A stretch of 64,000 bases of DNA from a virus. Within the stretch, counting starts at the first letter, position 1; the number at the start of each line of letters is the position of its first letter. This document shows positions 9,988 to 18,979 of the stretch, piece after piece. A model generated the notes under the pieces. The model was not told the DNA's origin and ran no database searches. It saw only the letters and a list, made by a program, of their open reading frames with translations. Both the position numbers and the translations under genes were made by a program. The stretch is taken from IMG/VR virus record IMGVR_UViG_3300049740_000832. The stretch is one strand, 5' to 3'.

Positions 9988-10529
9988 AAGATTACTTTAC
10001 TTACCATTGGCCCAGTTCACGCACTGCGGGATTGGATGATTATTATTGGACAGGATGGAGATTGATAGATGAAATACAAGAAGGAGAAACCGTCTTGGAT
10101 GTCGGTTGCGGGGTTAATCCGTTTAAGAGACATATTAAAGGATTACATGGCATCGATATTACAGACATTGGGAGTGACGAACAAGTCGCAATCGAGGACT
10201 ATAGACCAGAAACTAAATTTGATGTTGCTTTTTGCCTCGGCTCTATTAATTTTGGCGGCTGGTCTGAAGTAGTAGAACAAATCAATTCACTGACACGAAG
10301 GTGTCTAAAAGATGAATGTCGAATTTATTGGAGATGTAATCCAGGCCATCGTGACCATGAGAATGAATTAGTCAACCAAGTTCCCTTCTTTAATTGGAAT
10401 ATAAATCATCATATCATGTTGACACAAAATACAGGTTTCAAAGTTACAGAATTTATGCCTGATAATAATAGGATGTATGTGAAATGGGAAAGAAAATCTT
10501 CGTCCATATCCCCAAAAACGGGGGGATGA
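9960..10529 (+). CDS. class I SAM-dependent methyltransferase
   Basis: VLDVGCG, GID, FDVAFCLGS. Confidence 0.75.
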   Translation: MDAKDREWLKDYFTYHWPSSRTAGLDDYYWTGWRLIDEIQEGETVLDVGCGVNPFKRHIKGLHGIDITDIGSDEQVAIEDYRPETKFDVAFCLGSINFGGWSEVVEQINSLTRRCLKDECRIYWRCNPGHRDHENELVNQVPFFNWNINHHIMLTQNTGFKVTEFMPDNNRMYVKWERKSSSISPKTGG

Positions 10530-11173
10530 CAATCAGGAGAAATCCTGAACTGCGACCAAAAGTATTACTCGCAACACCAGAAAATCATATTAATCGTCAG
10601 TATACAGAAGACCTTTTTCGCGTTATGCAAGAAAACCGCGAACATCACGGTTTTGAACATGCAAGGTGGAGAGACTGGAATCAACAGGTTCGAGAAAATC
10701 ATCGTGCATTTGCAATTGTTCGTAACCCGTGGAGTCGAGTTGTATCGCGATTTGAATTTGCAAAAAAGGTAATCTATAAAGAAGATGGTTCTGACCATTT
10801 TGGTAGAACAGATTATATTGACTGTTCCTCGTTTGAAGCATTCCTTGAAACTCGACACGAATGGGGTGGTAGAAAGTTCTTCTGGCATCGTGCAATCCGT
10901 GGGTGGTATCCCGCATTGGATTATGTGACTGATGAAAAAGGTAAACTTAGGTGTGACATTCTTAGGTTTGAACACTATGATGATGACGTAAAATCATATC
11001 TGGGTGTCCTATTCAATCCCGAACCTCGCAATGTGACTGGATATAAACAGTCTACATATACTGATTACTATAACGATAAAACAATTCAGATTGTTGCTGA
11101 CTGGTATAAAAAAGATATTGACTATTGGGGATTCGACTTTGATAGTGCTGCACAAAGGAACTATTGGAGATGA
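10484..11173 (+). CDS. sulfotransferase family 2 (carbohydrate sulfotransferase-like)
   Basis: FVHIPKNGG.T, VRNPW.R.VS, RFE, Y..D...F. Confidence 0.85.
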   Translation: MGKKIFVHIPKNGGMTIRRNPELRPKVLLATPENHINRQYTEDLFRVMQENREHHGFEHARWRDWNQQVRENHRAFAIVRNPWSRVVSRFEFAKKVIYKEDGSDHFGRTDYIDCSSFEAFLETRHEWGGRKFFWHRAIRGWYPALDYVTDEKGKLRCDILRFEHYDDDVKSYLGVLFNPEPRNVTGYKQSTYTDYYNDKTIQIVADWYKKDIDYWGFDFDSAAQRNYWR

Positions 11174-11766
11174 TGGGAAGCCCAATAAACAAAGACTCCG
11201 TAAATATTATGGGGTTGATAGAACCAAACTCGATAGGCGCAGAAGTGGGCGTCTGGTTTGGAAACTCCTCACAGAAATTCTTGGGTCGAGGAGTGAGAGA
11301 ACTTCATCTCGTAGATGCATGGAGTATTGAACCATATAAAGAATCTACAGAACATGGCACATATGAAAACTATCTAGAAAGATATTCCAAGATGTGTGGG
11401 GGTAATACCGAAAAAGATTTCCAAAAATACTATGATAGTGTTTATAGAACAGTGAAGTCAACAATAGGAACAGACCCTCGTGTTACCATTTATCGAATGA
11501 ACTCTAATGAGTGGTTTGATAGTTTTGATAAGAAACTTGATTGGATTTATGTTGACGGTGACCATTCCTACGAGGGGTGTCTTCGTGACTTGAACAATGC
11601 ACTAAAGGTTGTCAGAGTTGGCGGTCTTATTCTTGGAGATGATTATAAATGGCCAGATACAAAATTTGGTAAGACTGGTGTCACTCGAGCGGTAGACAAG
11701 TTTTGTTATAGTAATGGTTTATTGAAAGAACAACACGGACAAGTTCAGTTTAGTATAAAGGTATAA
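11164..11766 (+). CDS. class I SAM-dependent methyltransferase (Methyltransf_24-like)
   Basis: GAEVGV..G.S, VDAW, YVDGDHSYEG...D, GGLI.GDDY. Confidence 0.85.
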   Translation: MEMMGSPINKDSVNIMGLIEPNSIGAEVGVWFGNSSQKFLGRGVRELHLVDAWSIEPYKESTEHGTYENYLERYSKMCGGNTEKDFQKYYDSVYRTVKSTIGTDPRVTIYRMNSNEWFDSFDKKLDWIYVDGDHSYEGCLRDLNNALKVVRVGGLILGDDYKWPDTKFGKTGVTRAVDKFCYSNGLLKEQHGQVQFSIKV

Positions 11767-11767
11767 T

Positions 11768-12295
11768 ATGCATCCCTCATCAATCGCAAATATGAAAAGG
11801 TGTAGAGAACACCTAAATGAAGTTATCGGAAAAGACATCACAGTTTTGGATGTTGGTGGTCGTGCATTGAAAGCAGATAAGGATAGGTCATATCGTCCAA
11901 TCTGGGAAGATGTTGCAGAGAAATATCTAATTGCAGACCTTGTGGCAGGATTGAATGTTGACTTACCAATGCCTGGCCCTTATACAATTCCCCTTGAGGA
12001 CGAGTCTGTCGATTTGGTTGTGAGTGGTCAAACCCTTGAACATGTCAAGAATCCCTTTCGAAGTGTTACTGAGATGACACGAGTTTTGAAAACGGGTTCA
12101 CATATTATTTTAATTGCACCATCTACTGGCCCTCGACATGATAGTATTGACTGTTGGAGATTTATGGATGACAGTTTCAAGGCAATCGCCGAGGAATGTG
12201 GTCTAAAAGTTGTGTTAGATTATATCGATTTTGGCCCGTGGGAAGAACGGTCTGCAAGATGGAAAGACCATGTTTTCATCGGTAAGAAGAAATGA
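11768..12295 (+). CDS. class I SAM-dependent methyltransferase (Methyltransf_11-like)
   Basis: VLDVGG, DLVVSGQTLEHV.NP, RVLK.G, DCWRF. Confidence 0.85.
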   Translation: MHPSSIANMKRCREHLNEVIGKDITVLDVGGRALKADKDRSYRPIWEDVAEKYLIADLVAGLNVDLPMPGPYTIPLEDESVDLVVSGQTLEHVKNPFRSVTEMTRVLKTGSHIILIAPSTGPRHDSIDCWRFMDDSFKAIAEECGLKVVLDYIDFGPWEERSARWKDHVFIGKKK

Positions 12296-13617
12296 TAAAA
12301 CTTATATTGTTTGACCTAGATGGAGTTCTGGTCAATACAAAAAATATACATTTTGATGCATTGAATGAGGCGTTGGGTGAACGTGCAGTCACCCGTGACG
12401 AACACTTGTCCTTGTATGATGGTATGACTACCATGAACAAATTACGTTTCATGGGGTTCTCTGAGTCTGAATCCAAGAAAATATTTTATGACAAACAACT
12501 CTATACTTATCGAAGACTAGACTCACTTGAAAAAAACAATAATATCATTGATTTATTTTTAGAATTAAAGAAAGAAGGATATGAAATTGGAATTTGTTCT
12601 AACGCAATTAAAAAGACTGTGGTTAAATGTCTATCCAGAGTTGGTATTACTCACCTATGTGATTTTTTTCTCTGTTCTGGTGATGTAACTAATCCAAAAC
12701 CACACCCCGAAATATATTGGAAAGCGATGTCAACTATGGGTGTTCTTCCTGAAGAGACTTTGATTGTTGAGGACTCTCATGTTGGTCTGTTGGCAGCGCA
12801 TCGGTCTAGTGCAAATGTGATTAGGGTGAACAGTCCTGATGATGTAAATCTTGGTTTAATAGAAAGAATCAAAGGTCAAACTCCAACTCCTCGATGGAAA
12901 GATGAGAAACTAAACGTAGTCATACCAATGGCAGGCGCGGGTAGTCGTTTTTCAAATGCGGGATATACTTTTCCTAAACCACTGATTGATGTCAATGGGA
13001 AACCAATGATTCAAAGAGTTGTAGAGAATATCGCGATTGAAGCAAACTATATTTTCATTGTCCAAAAATCACATCGAGAGAAATACAATCTGGATTCGAT
13101 GTTGAACATGATTGCACCAAACTGCAAGATTGTGGAGATTGAAGGTATGACAGAAGGTGCTGCTTGCACAACTCTACTCGCAAAAGAATATATCAATAAT
13201 GACTCACCACTGTTTATTGCAAACTCTGACCAATATGTAAAATGGGATTCATCACACTTCATGTATAAAATGAAGGAACATGATGTTGATGGTGGTATTG
13301 TTACTTTCAAAGCAACACATCCCAAGTGGTCATATGCACAGACAGATGGTCTAGGTAATGTCGTGAAGGTTGCGGAGAAAGACCCAATCAGTGACAATGC
13401 GACTGTTGGGTTTTACTACTGGAAACGTGGTAGAGATTATGTGTCTTTCTGTGAAGACATGATTGCGCTTGACCAGAGAGTAAATGGTGAGTTTTATGTC
13501 TGTCCTGTATATAATAATGCGATACGCGAAGGAAAAGGTATTAAGATATATGAGGTTGAAGAGATGTGGGGACTAGGAACTCCTGAAGACCTTGAACAAT
13601 ACTTGAGAGAGAATTGA
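12292..13617 (+). CDS. fusion: HAD phosphatase + sugar-nucleotidyltransferase-like (GT-A) domain
   Basis: N-half FDLDGVL, KPHPEIY, VEDS..G; C-half PMAGAGSRF...PKPLI, ANSDQ, EK..IS, GLGTPEDL. Confidence 0.88.
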   Translation: MIKLILFDLDGVLVNTKNIHFDALNEALGERAVTRDEHLSLYDGMTTMNKLRFMGFSESESKKIFYDKQLYTYRRLDSLEKNNNIIDLFLELKKEGYEIGICSNAIKKTVVKCLSRVGITHLCDFFLCSGDVTNPKPHPEIYWKAMSTMGVLPEETLIVEDSHVGLLAAHRSSANVIRVNSPDDVNLGLIERIKGQTPTPRWKDEKLNVVIPMAGAGSRFSNAGYTFPKPLIDVNGKPMIQRVVENIAIEANYIFIVQKSHREKYNLDSMLNMIAPNCKIVEIEGMTEGAACTTLLAKEYINNDSPLFIANSDQYVKWDSSHFMYKMKEHDVDGGIVTFKATHPKWSYAQTDGLGNVVKVAEKDPISDNATVGFYYWKRGRDYVSFCEDMIALDQRVNGEFYVCPVYNNAIREGKGIKIYEVEEMWGLGTPEDLEQYLREN

Positions 13618-14351
13618 TGAGAGTCGCATTATGTGTATCTGGTAAGTGGACGGGTGAAGACTATACGAATTTTTTGAGAGAAAGAATTCCACATGATGAG
13701 TTTTATACTGCAACCTATACTGGTATCGAAATGCCGTTTGAACCAGATTTTCGTATGGATGAACCAGAAAATACTTATCATTCACTATTTGATACACAAC
13801 CATATCCAGACAGTGAGTCTGAAGGTCGAAGAGATATTCTTGGAAGAGATGAACATAAAATTTTGTCAGAATATAGAAAATATAAAAAAGCTTCTGAACA
13901 TTGGCATAAACAAATATTATTACACGCATGGATATGTGAACAAATAGAAACAGATATCATTATTAGAGCGAGATTTGAAACGATTGTATCAAATCAGATA
14001 GATTGGCAAGAGTGGATTGACAAATGTTATGATGAAGAAATACCTATTGGTTTCAATACAAGAACTGAAGGTGATGCAAATCAATACCATCATGATTTGA
14101 TGAGAGCAACCGAAGTTGGTTTTTATATCAACGATGCACTAATAATTCATCCGAAGAAAGTTTTAGAATGGGATTATGTGAATCATCTATATAAGGAGAA
14201 GAAACTAAGAGGAGCAGAAGAGGGATGGTATCAAGTCCTATCTGAGTCTCAGGGTCATTATCATATGTGTTATCATGGTGGAGCATATTCTATAAAAGAT
14301 GAGGCAATAGTGAAAGATGCTGATGAAAGTATTTATAATTACTCTTCTTGA
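13614..14351 (+). CDS. hypothetical protein of glycan clusters (possible glycosyltransferase)
   Basis: MRVALCVSG start and DIIIRARF motif seen in polysaccharide-cluster proteins. Confidence 0.45.
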   Translation: MMRVALCVSGKWTGEDYTNFLRERIPHDEFYTATYTGIEMPFEPDFRMDEPENTYHSLFDTQPYPDSESEGRRDILGRDEHKILSEYRKYKKASEHWHKQILLHAWICEQIETDIIIRARFETIVSNQIDWQEWIDKCYDEEIPIGFNTRTEGDANQYHHDLMRATEVGFYINDALIIHPKKVLEWDYVNHLYKEKKLRGAEEGWYQVLSESQGHYHMCYHGGAYSIKDEAIVKDADESIYNYSS

Positions 14352-15021
14352 TGACCGCAATTCTCGTGATGCATGTAATCGCGTCATTAAGTCTATTGAT
14401 GACACAGGTTCAGACCTTGAACCAATAATCTTTCGTGCGACTACACCTGAGTCACTCGAAGAAGATATGTGGTTGAAACTCGATTGGACGTTCCCAACCA
14501 ATGCAAGTCAAGACCGTATGGACATGGCGACAGGACTATATCTTCAACATTATCAGACCGCAAACTTACAGAATCGTATTGCCTGTATGGTAAGTCACAT
14601 GCGTTTATGGCAGAGGTCAATCGACCTTGAAGAACCAATTATGGTTCTGGAACACGATGCACTCTTCATTCGCAAGTTTAGATTTTCGGACTTGACAGAT
14701 GGGTTCAAAGGTGGTATAGTAGGACTCAATGACCCTCGTGGTGCAACTCGAAAGGCGAGTCTGTTTCATTCAAAGGTCAGTTCGCGTATGGGATTACAAC
14801 CAGTTCCAGACCTTGAGGACAACTATCCTCACGGACTCGCTGGAAATTCCGCATATATAATTACACCAAAGGGTGCAAAGAAAGTATTGAAGAAGGTAGG
14901 GGAAATAGGAATGTGGCCCAATGACGCACTTATGAACAAACAGTTCTTTCCGTGGATGCAAGTAGTCTATCCTTACTATACAACTATTCAGAAGGGGTTG
15001 GTCTCAACCACAACGTCATGA
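14317..15021 (+). CDS. GT25-like glycosyltransferase
   Basis: F.ATTP, C..SH..LW, VLEHD, AYIITP.GA. Confidence 0.75.
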   Translation: MLMKVFIITLLDDRNSRDACNRVIKSIDDTGSDLEPIIFRATTPESLEEDMWLKLDWTFPTNASQDRMDMATGLYLQHYQTANLQNRIACMVSHMRLWQRSIDLEEPIMVLEHDALFIRKFRFSDLTDGFKGGIVGLNDPRGATRKASLFHSKVSSRMGLQPVPDLEDNYPHGLAGNSAYIITPKGAKKVLKKVGEIGMWPNDALMNKQFFPWMQVVYPYYTTIQKGLVSTTTS

Positions 15022-15665
15022 AAGCAAAAGTAATTACAATAATGCATAACTCTTCGAGTATCGATGTCGCAGAACGTTGTATCGCGTCAGGTAAAAAACA
15101 CGGCGTGACCGTAAAATGGTTTCGGGCTATTACACCGAATGATGAACCACTTGAACTACTAGAACGTGAGGGTATTCCACCTAGTGCATTTGACGAGAGA
15201 TACTCTCGCAATCTGAATTGTATCTCTGCATTCCTATCACACTATTCATTATGGAAAGAGTGTGCATCAGGTGAAGAGACCTATGCAATCTTTGAACACG
15301 ATGCGGTCATCACTGCACCTCTCCCAACTCAACCGTTTCATTATGTAATGAATATTGGTCATCCCTCTTATGGTAACTGGAATACACCAACATTGATAGG
15401 AGTTAATCAGTTAACCACTAAACGATACTTCCCAGGCGCACATGCATACATGGTCACGCCCGCAGGCGCGAAGAAACTTGTAGAGGCCGCGCCTCAACTT
15501 GCACGACCAACAGACATATATCTAAATCTAGATAACTTCCCGTGGTTACAAGAATACTATCCGTTCTGTGCAGAGGCGCAAGATAGTTTTACCACAATTC
15601 AAGTAGAAGAAGGTTGTCTTGCAAAACACAACTGGAAGAAAGGATACAATATAATCGATGCGTGA
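15018..15665 (+). CDS. GT25-like glycosyltransferase
   Basis: F.AITP, FLSHY.LW, IFEHD, GAHAY.VTP.GA; start moved to the ATG overlapping the previous stop. Confidence 0.75.
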   Translation: MKAKVITIMHNSSSIDVAERCIASGKKHGVTVKWFRAITPNDEPLELLEREGIPPSAFDERYSRNLNCISAFLSHYSLWKECASGEETYAIFEHDAVITAPLPTQPFHYVMNIGHPSYGNWNTPTLIGVNQLTTKRYFPGAHAYMVTPAGAKKLVEAAPQLARPTDIYLNLDNFPWLQEYYPFCAEAQDSFTTIQVEEGCLAKHNWKKGYNIIDA

Positions 15666-16326
15666 GATATTTGTAACAGGTTGTGACGAGAAGACCGAAT
15701 GGCAACTCCCGTGGTTCATACAGAAATTCCGTGAACATAATCCAGAGGCGCAACTTGTAATTGCTGACTTTGGTATGAGTGATTATATGTGGCAACAAGT
15801 CTATGATGACTTTGATGACCACTTTGAAGTGTTGAGTGAAGCAAAGGGGTGGTTCAAAAAACCCCGTGCATTACTTGATGCGTCTCGTTTAGATGATGTG
15901 TCGAAGGTATGTTGGATTGACACTGATTGTGAAATCAAGGGTAACATTGAACACATCTTTGACCTGTCACAACCACATCGTCTTGGTATGGTTGAAGACC
16001 GTCCGTGGACTAGACGTAGAAATGAACTGGGTGAATGGTATAACTCTGGTGTTGTTTTGATTGAAGGCACACCAAACATTGTGAAGATGTGGGCAGACGA
16101 ATGTCTTCGGAATCCTGTGCAGGGTGACCAAGAAGTATTGTATCTAATGATGGAGGGCGACCCTCTTCAAAAACTTACATATATCCATCCGTTGCCCCAC
16201 ACATATAATACTTTACGATTAGACTACATAGATGGTATAAATGTAAGAAACCCAAAGATTGTCCATCATACGGGCAAAAAAGGTAATGACGCAATTAGGA
16301 GACAGATAAATGAATTATTTACTTGA
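15658..16326 (+). CDS. GT-A glycosyltransferase (GT8/GT77-like)
   Basis: WFKKP, WIDTD, YNSGV, GDQE.L, YN.LR, IVHHTG. Confidence 0.7.
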   Translation: MREIFVTGCDEKTEWQLPWFIQKFREHNPEAQLVIADFGMSDYMWQQVYDDFDDHFEVLSEAKGWFKKPRALLDASRLDDVSKVCWIDTDCEIKGNIEHIFDLSQPHRLGMVEDRPWTRRRNELGEWYNSGVVLIEGTPNIVKMWADECLRNPVQGDQEVLYLMMEGDPLQKLTYIHPLPHTYNTLRLDYIDGINVRNPKIVHHTGKKGNDAIRRQINELFT

Positions 16327-16531
16327 AGCATTAGTAACAAAACTTGAAGGTGAAATTGCAATCGCAAGAGCAAACATCAGAGTTTATATGGAAAATTCCG
16401 TTGGTATCGGAGAACATCCCGAAGTGGTGCAAGCAATTGAAACACAAATTGAAAATATCGCAACCGCAGAAGAAAAGATTGGTGTAATCAAAGACCACTT
16501 TGGAACGGGCAGTGATTTAAGGCACAAATAG
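16310..16531 (+). CDS. small conserved phage hypothetical protein
   Basis: Coupled ORF; VGIGEHP motif familiar from marine T4-like phages. Confidence 0.6.
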   Translation: MNYLLEALVTKLEGEIAIARANIRVYMENSVGIGEHPEVVQAIETQIENIATAEEKIGVIKDHFGTGSDLRHK

Positions 16532-16533
16532 TA

Positions 16534-16944
16534 ATGTATGAATATAGATGTAATGTCGTCAAAATTATCGATGGTGATACGGTTGACGTTGATATTGATT
16601 TAGGGTTTGGTGTATGGATGCGTAAACAACGCATTCGGATGTATGGTATTGATACACCTGAGTCACGCACACGCGATAAAGAAGAGAAAAAATATGGTCT
16701 TGCCGCAAAAGCATTTCTGACTGGTCTATTGGATGACCCAAATGGCATTGTCTTGAAAACACATAAAGATGGTAAGGGTAAGTTTGGTCGTATTTTAGGT
16801 GAGTTGTGGAGAACCACTGACTTCGCAGACCAATCAATCAATGAGTATATGTGTGAAAAACATCATGCGGTTCGTTATTTCGGACAATCAAAAGACTTGA
16901 TTGAAGAACAACATGTATTGAATAGAGAACTTGTCAAACTATGA
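16534..16944 (+). CDS. thermonuclease (SNase-like)
   Basis: IDGDTVD, IR..GIDTPE, GKFGRIL. Confidence 0.88.
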   Translation: MYEYRCNVVKIIDGDTVDVDIDLGFGVWMRKQRIRMYGIDTPESRTRDKEEKKYGLAAKAFLTGLLDDPNGIVLKTHKDGKGKFGRILGELWRTTDFADQSINEYMCEKHHAVRYFGQSKDLIEEQHVLNRELVKL

Positions 16945-17531
16945 TAATAGTTCCTGACCGTTTGGTCTTTGTTCATGTTCCTAAAACAGCAGGAACAACA
17001 ATATCAGAGTTTATTCGTCATCGTTTCGATGAAAGTATTATTGATGTTGCAAATCAATATAAGAGTGATAAAGTATATGGCGGTCATTTACCAAGAGAAC
17101 AAATGAATGTAGACTTTTCTAAATACATGTCTTCATTGCCTATCTTTTCTATATGTCGGCATCCCTATGATAGACTTGTAAGTGGATTTCTTCATTGGAT
17201 TCGAGACAGGGGTTATGGTCAGGGTGATTACCCTCAAGGATTTAACTTTGAATCTTGGCTCAAAGGTAAAAATCATGTATGGAAACTACCATTAACAACA
17301 TGGATTAGGGAAAATGATATCATTCTTCGATATGAAAATCTATCAAATGATATTATCAAGATGGAAGAAGTGTTAGGAACTAAGATAAAATTACTTAAAA
17401 AGAATGTCGGTATTCATGAACTCTTGGGTTACAATTATCCGACCAGAAATGATATAATCCGTCCTGATATAAAAGAGTATATACAAGAGACCTATAAAGA
17501 AGACTTTGAAAGATTTGGATATGAGAGTTAA
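16941..17531 (+). CDS. sulfotransferase family 2
   Basis: FVHVPKTAGTT, RHPYDRLVS, RYENL, Y.EDF..FGY. Confidence 0.85.
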   Translation: MIIVPDRLVFVHVPKTAGTTISEFIRHRFDESIIDVANQYKSDKVYGGHLPREQMNVDFSKYMSSLPIFSICRHPYDRLVSGFLHWIRDRGYGQGDYPQGFNFESWLKGKNHVWKLPLTTWIRENDIILRYENLSNDIIKMEEVLGTKIKLLKKNVGIHELLGYNYPTRNDIIRPDIKEYIQETYKEDFERFGYES

Positions 17532-18159
17532 TGTTTTAGGTAATGGTGACCATGCGGGATTATTTGAACGTGGTTTGCCGGGCAAATTACTAATATGTAA
17601 CATGCCTCCATTTGAAATCCCTCGCAAGGAAGTGTGGGCAACCTGTATGGTTGACTTCAAAATGATGAAGGCACTTCAAGAGGGTAAGATTCAACTGGAC
17701 ATGTATGACTGGATTCTTGGAACTCGTCCTCGTGTTTGGATGGAAGCATCTGGGTCATTCTACCTAAAGTATTCTCATCTCATCAAAGGTTTTTATCAAC
17801 ACATTCCAGAATATGCTGCACTGCCAGGCCAAAGTCTTGGACAAGCGGCAACCAATTTTAACTGCGGTCACTTTGCGGTGCATTATGCATGTAACAAGAT
17901 GAAAGCGACTGAAGTTCACATCTATGGGTTTGACAGTATCTTTGATATGAATCTAGAGAGTTTTACTGACCTCATTCTGGAAAGTGACCGAAGCACTCAA
18001 AACACAGTAAGGTTGGCGGATAACTGGAGACCTATCTGGACGGAGATGTTCAAAGAATTTTCCGAAGTAGAGTTCAACCTTTATCATTCTCATAACAACA
18101 TTAAAATACCTGTCTCTGATAATGTAAAAATACACGTTGTTACCAAAAAAAAGTCTTGA
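17521..18159 (+). CDS. hypothetical, sialyltransferase/Maf-like fold candidate
   Basis: VLGNG, ICN, NCGH.A, I.GFD motif pattern. Confidence 0.45.
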   Translation: MRVNVLGNGDHAGLFERGLPGKLLICNMPPFEIPRKEVWATCMVDFKMMKALQEGKIQLDMYDWILGTRPRVWMEASGSFYLKYSHLIKGFYQHIPEYAALPGQSLGQAATNFNCGHFAVHYACNKMKATEVHIYGFDSIFDMNLESFTDLILESDRSTQNTVRLADNWRPIWTEMFKEFSEVEFNLYHSHNNIKIPVSDNVKIHVVTKKKS

Positions 18160-18184
18160 CTTTAGACCGTAACTGTGATATGAT
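18156..18184 (+). promoter_or_regulatory. sigma70-type promoter for tRNA
   Basis: TTGACT-17nt-TATGAT ending about 15 nt before the tRNA. Confidence 0.6.
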
Positions 18185-18199
18185 GTAAATCACAATCAA

Positions 18200-18276
18200 G
18201 GACGCATAGCTCAACTGGATAGAGCAACAGCCTTCTAAGCTGTAGGTTCGGGGTTCAAGTCCCTGTGCGTTCACCA
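18200..18276 (+). tRNA. tRNA-Arg(TCT)
   Basis: Acceptor GGACGCA/TGCGTTC, D-arm AGCTCAACTGGATAGAGC, anticodon stem ACAGC-CTTCTAA-GCTGT, TTCAAGT T-loop, encoded CCA. Confidence 0.95.
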
Positions 18277-18278
18277 AC

Positions 18279-18503
18279 ATGGAGCAAAAAATGACTGTGA
18301 CTGTATCTCAAATTCTTCAGGATTTGTATCCTGAACTTCCTGAAGACGATAACACATATCGTCTCTTCAAACTTGACCCAAGTTTTAACTTCGGTAAGTT
18401 GACTGAACGTGATTTGACAAATCACAAAAACCTAAATAGTTTTACAGAGGGCGACAAACTGGTTGTCGTTCAGAATTCAGAAATCATTTATATAGAGGAG
18501 TAA
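18279..18503 (+). CDS. hypothetical protein
   Basis: ORF in a tightly packed run. Confidence 0.5.
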   Translation: MEQKMTVTVSQILQDLYPELPEDDNTYRLFKLDPSFNFGKLTERDLTNHKNLNSFTEGDKLVVVQNSEIIYIEE

Positions 18504-18507
18504 TATT

Positions 18508-18699
18508 ATGGATAAAGTATTATATGCAAAAGAACAAGTGTTGAATTTCTTCAGCACGACTACATCGAACATCGTTGGTATTGGTCTTGGCGGAGCGTTA
18601 ACCGCTCTCAGTCTTATAGATTTCAGTATTGTTGGACTGGTCGCGGGCGTATTTCTTATGGTTGCAGAAGGTATCCAATATTGGGAACGTGCTAACTAA
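18508..18699 (+). CDS. small membrane protein
   Basis: GAGGAG RBS; two hydrophobic stretches. Confidence 0.6.
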   Translation: MDKVLYAKEQVLNFFSTTTSNIVGIGLGGALTALSLIDFSIVGLVAGVFLMVAEGIQYWERAN

Positions 18700-18872
18700 T
18701 GACCGAAGAGTATCGTCCCCGTGCGGTCTTTGCTCCAGATGACTATGCAATCATTCGTAAATCATTACAAGTGTATATGCATAATTATGGTAACAGTCTA
18801 ACTGATGAGGAGGCTCGTAAGATTTCGAGTCTCTTTCATCGACTAGGAAGGGTTGATTATGACACAACGTGA
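18699..18872 (+). CDS. hypothetical protein (57 aa, MTEEYRPRAVF...)
   Basis: Manual translation; TAATG coupling to previous gene. Confidence 0.55.
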   Translation: MTEEYRPRAVFAPDDYAIIRKSLQVYMHNYGNSLTDEEARKISSLFHRLGRVDYDTT

Positions 18873-18979
18873 ATCATATGACCGATACATGTATCGTAAA
18901 TATCAGGAGAGTGTGAGGAGAAATCCTACTCTTGAGGAACGTGTTCGACAACTTGAAGAGAAAGTCAAAGAGTTAGAAA

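Noticed and set aside
16534-16944. Thermonuclease as part of a defence or toxin system
   Set aside because: A common stand-alone gene in marine T4-like phages; no partner gene evident.
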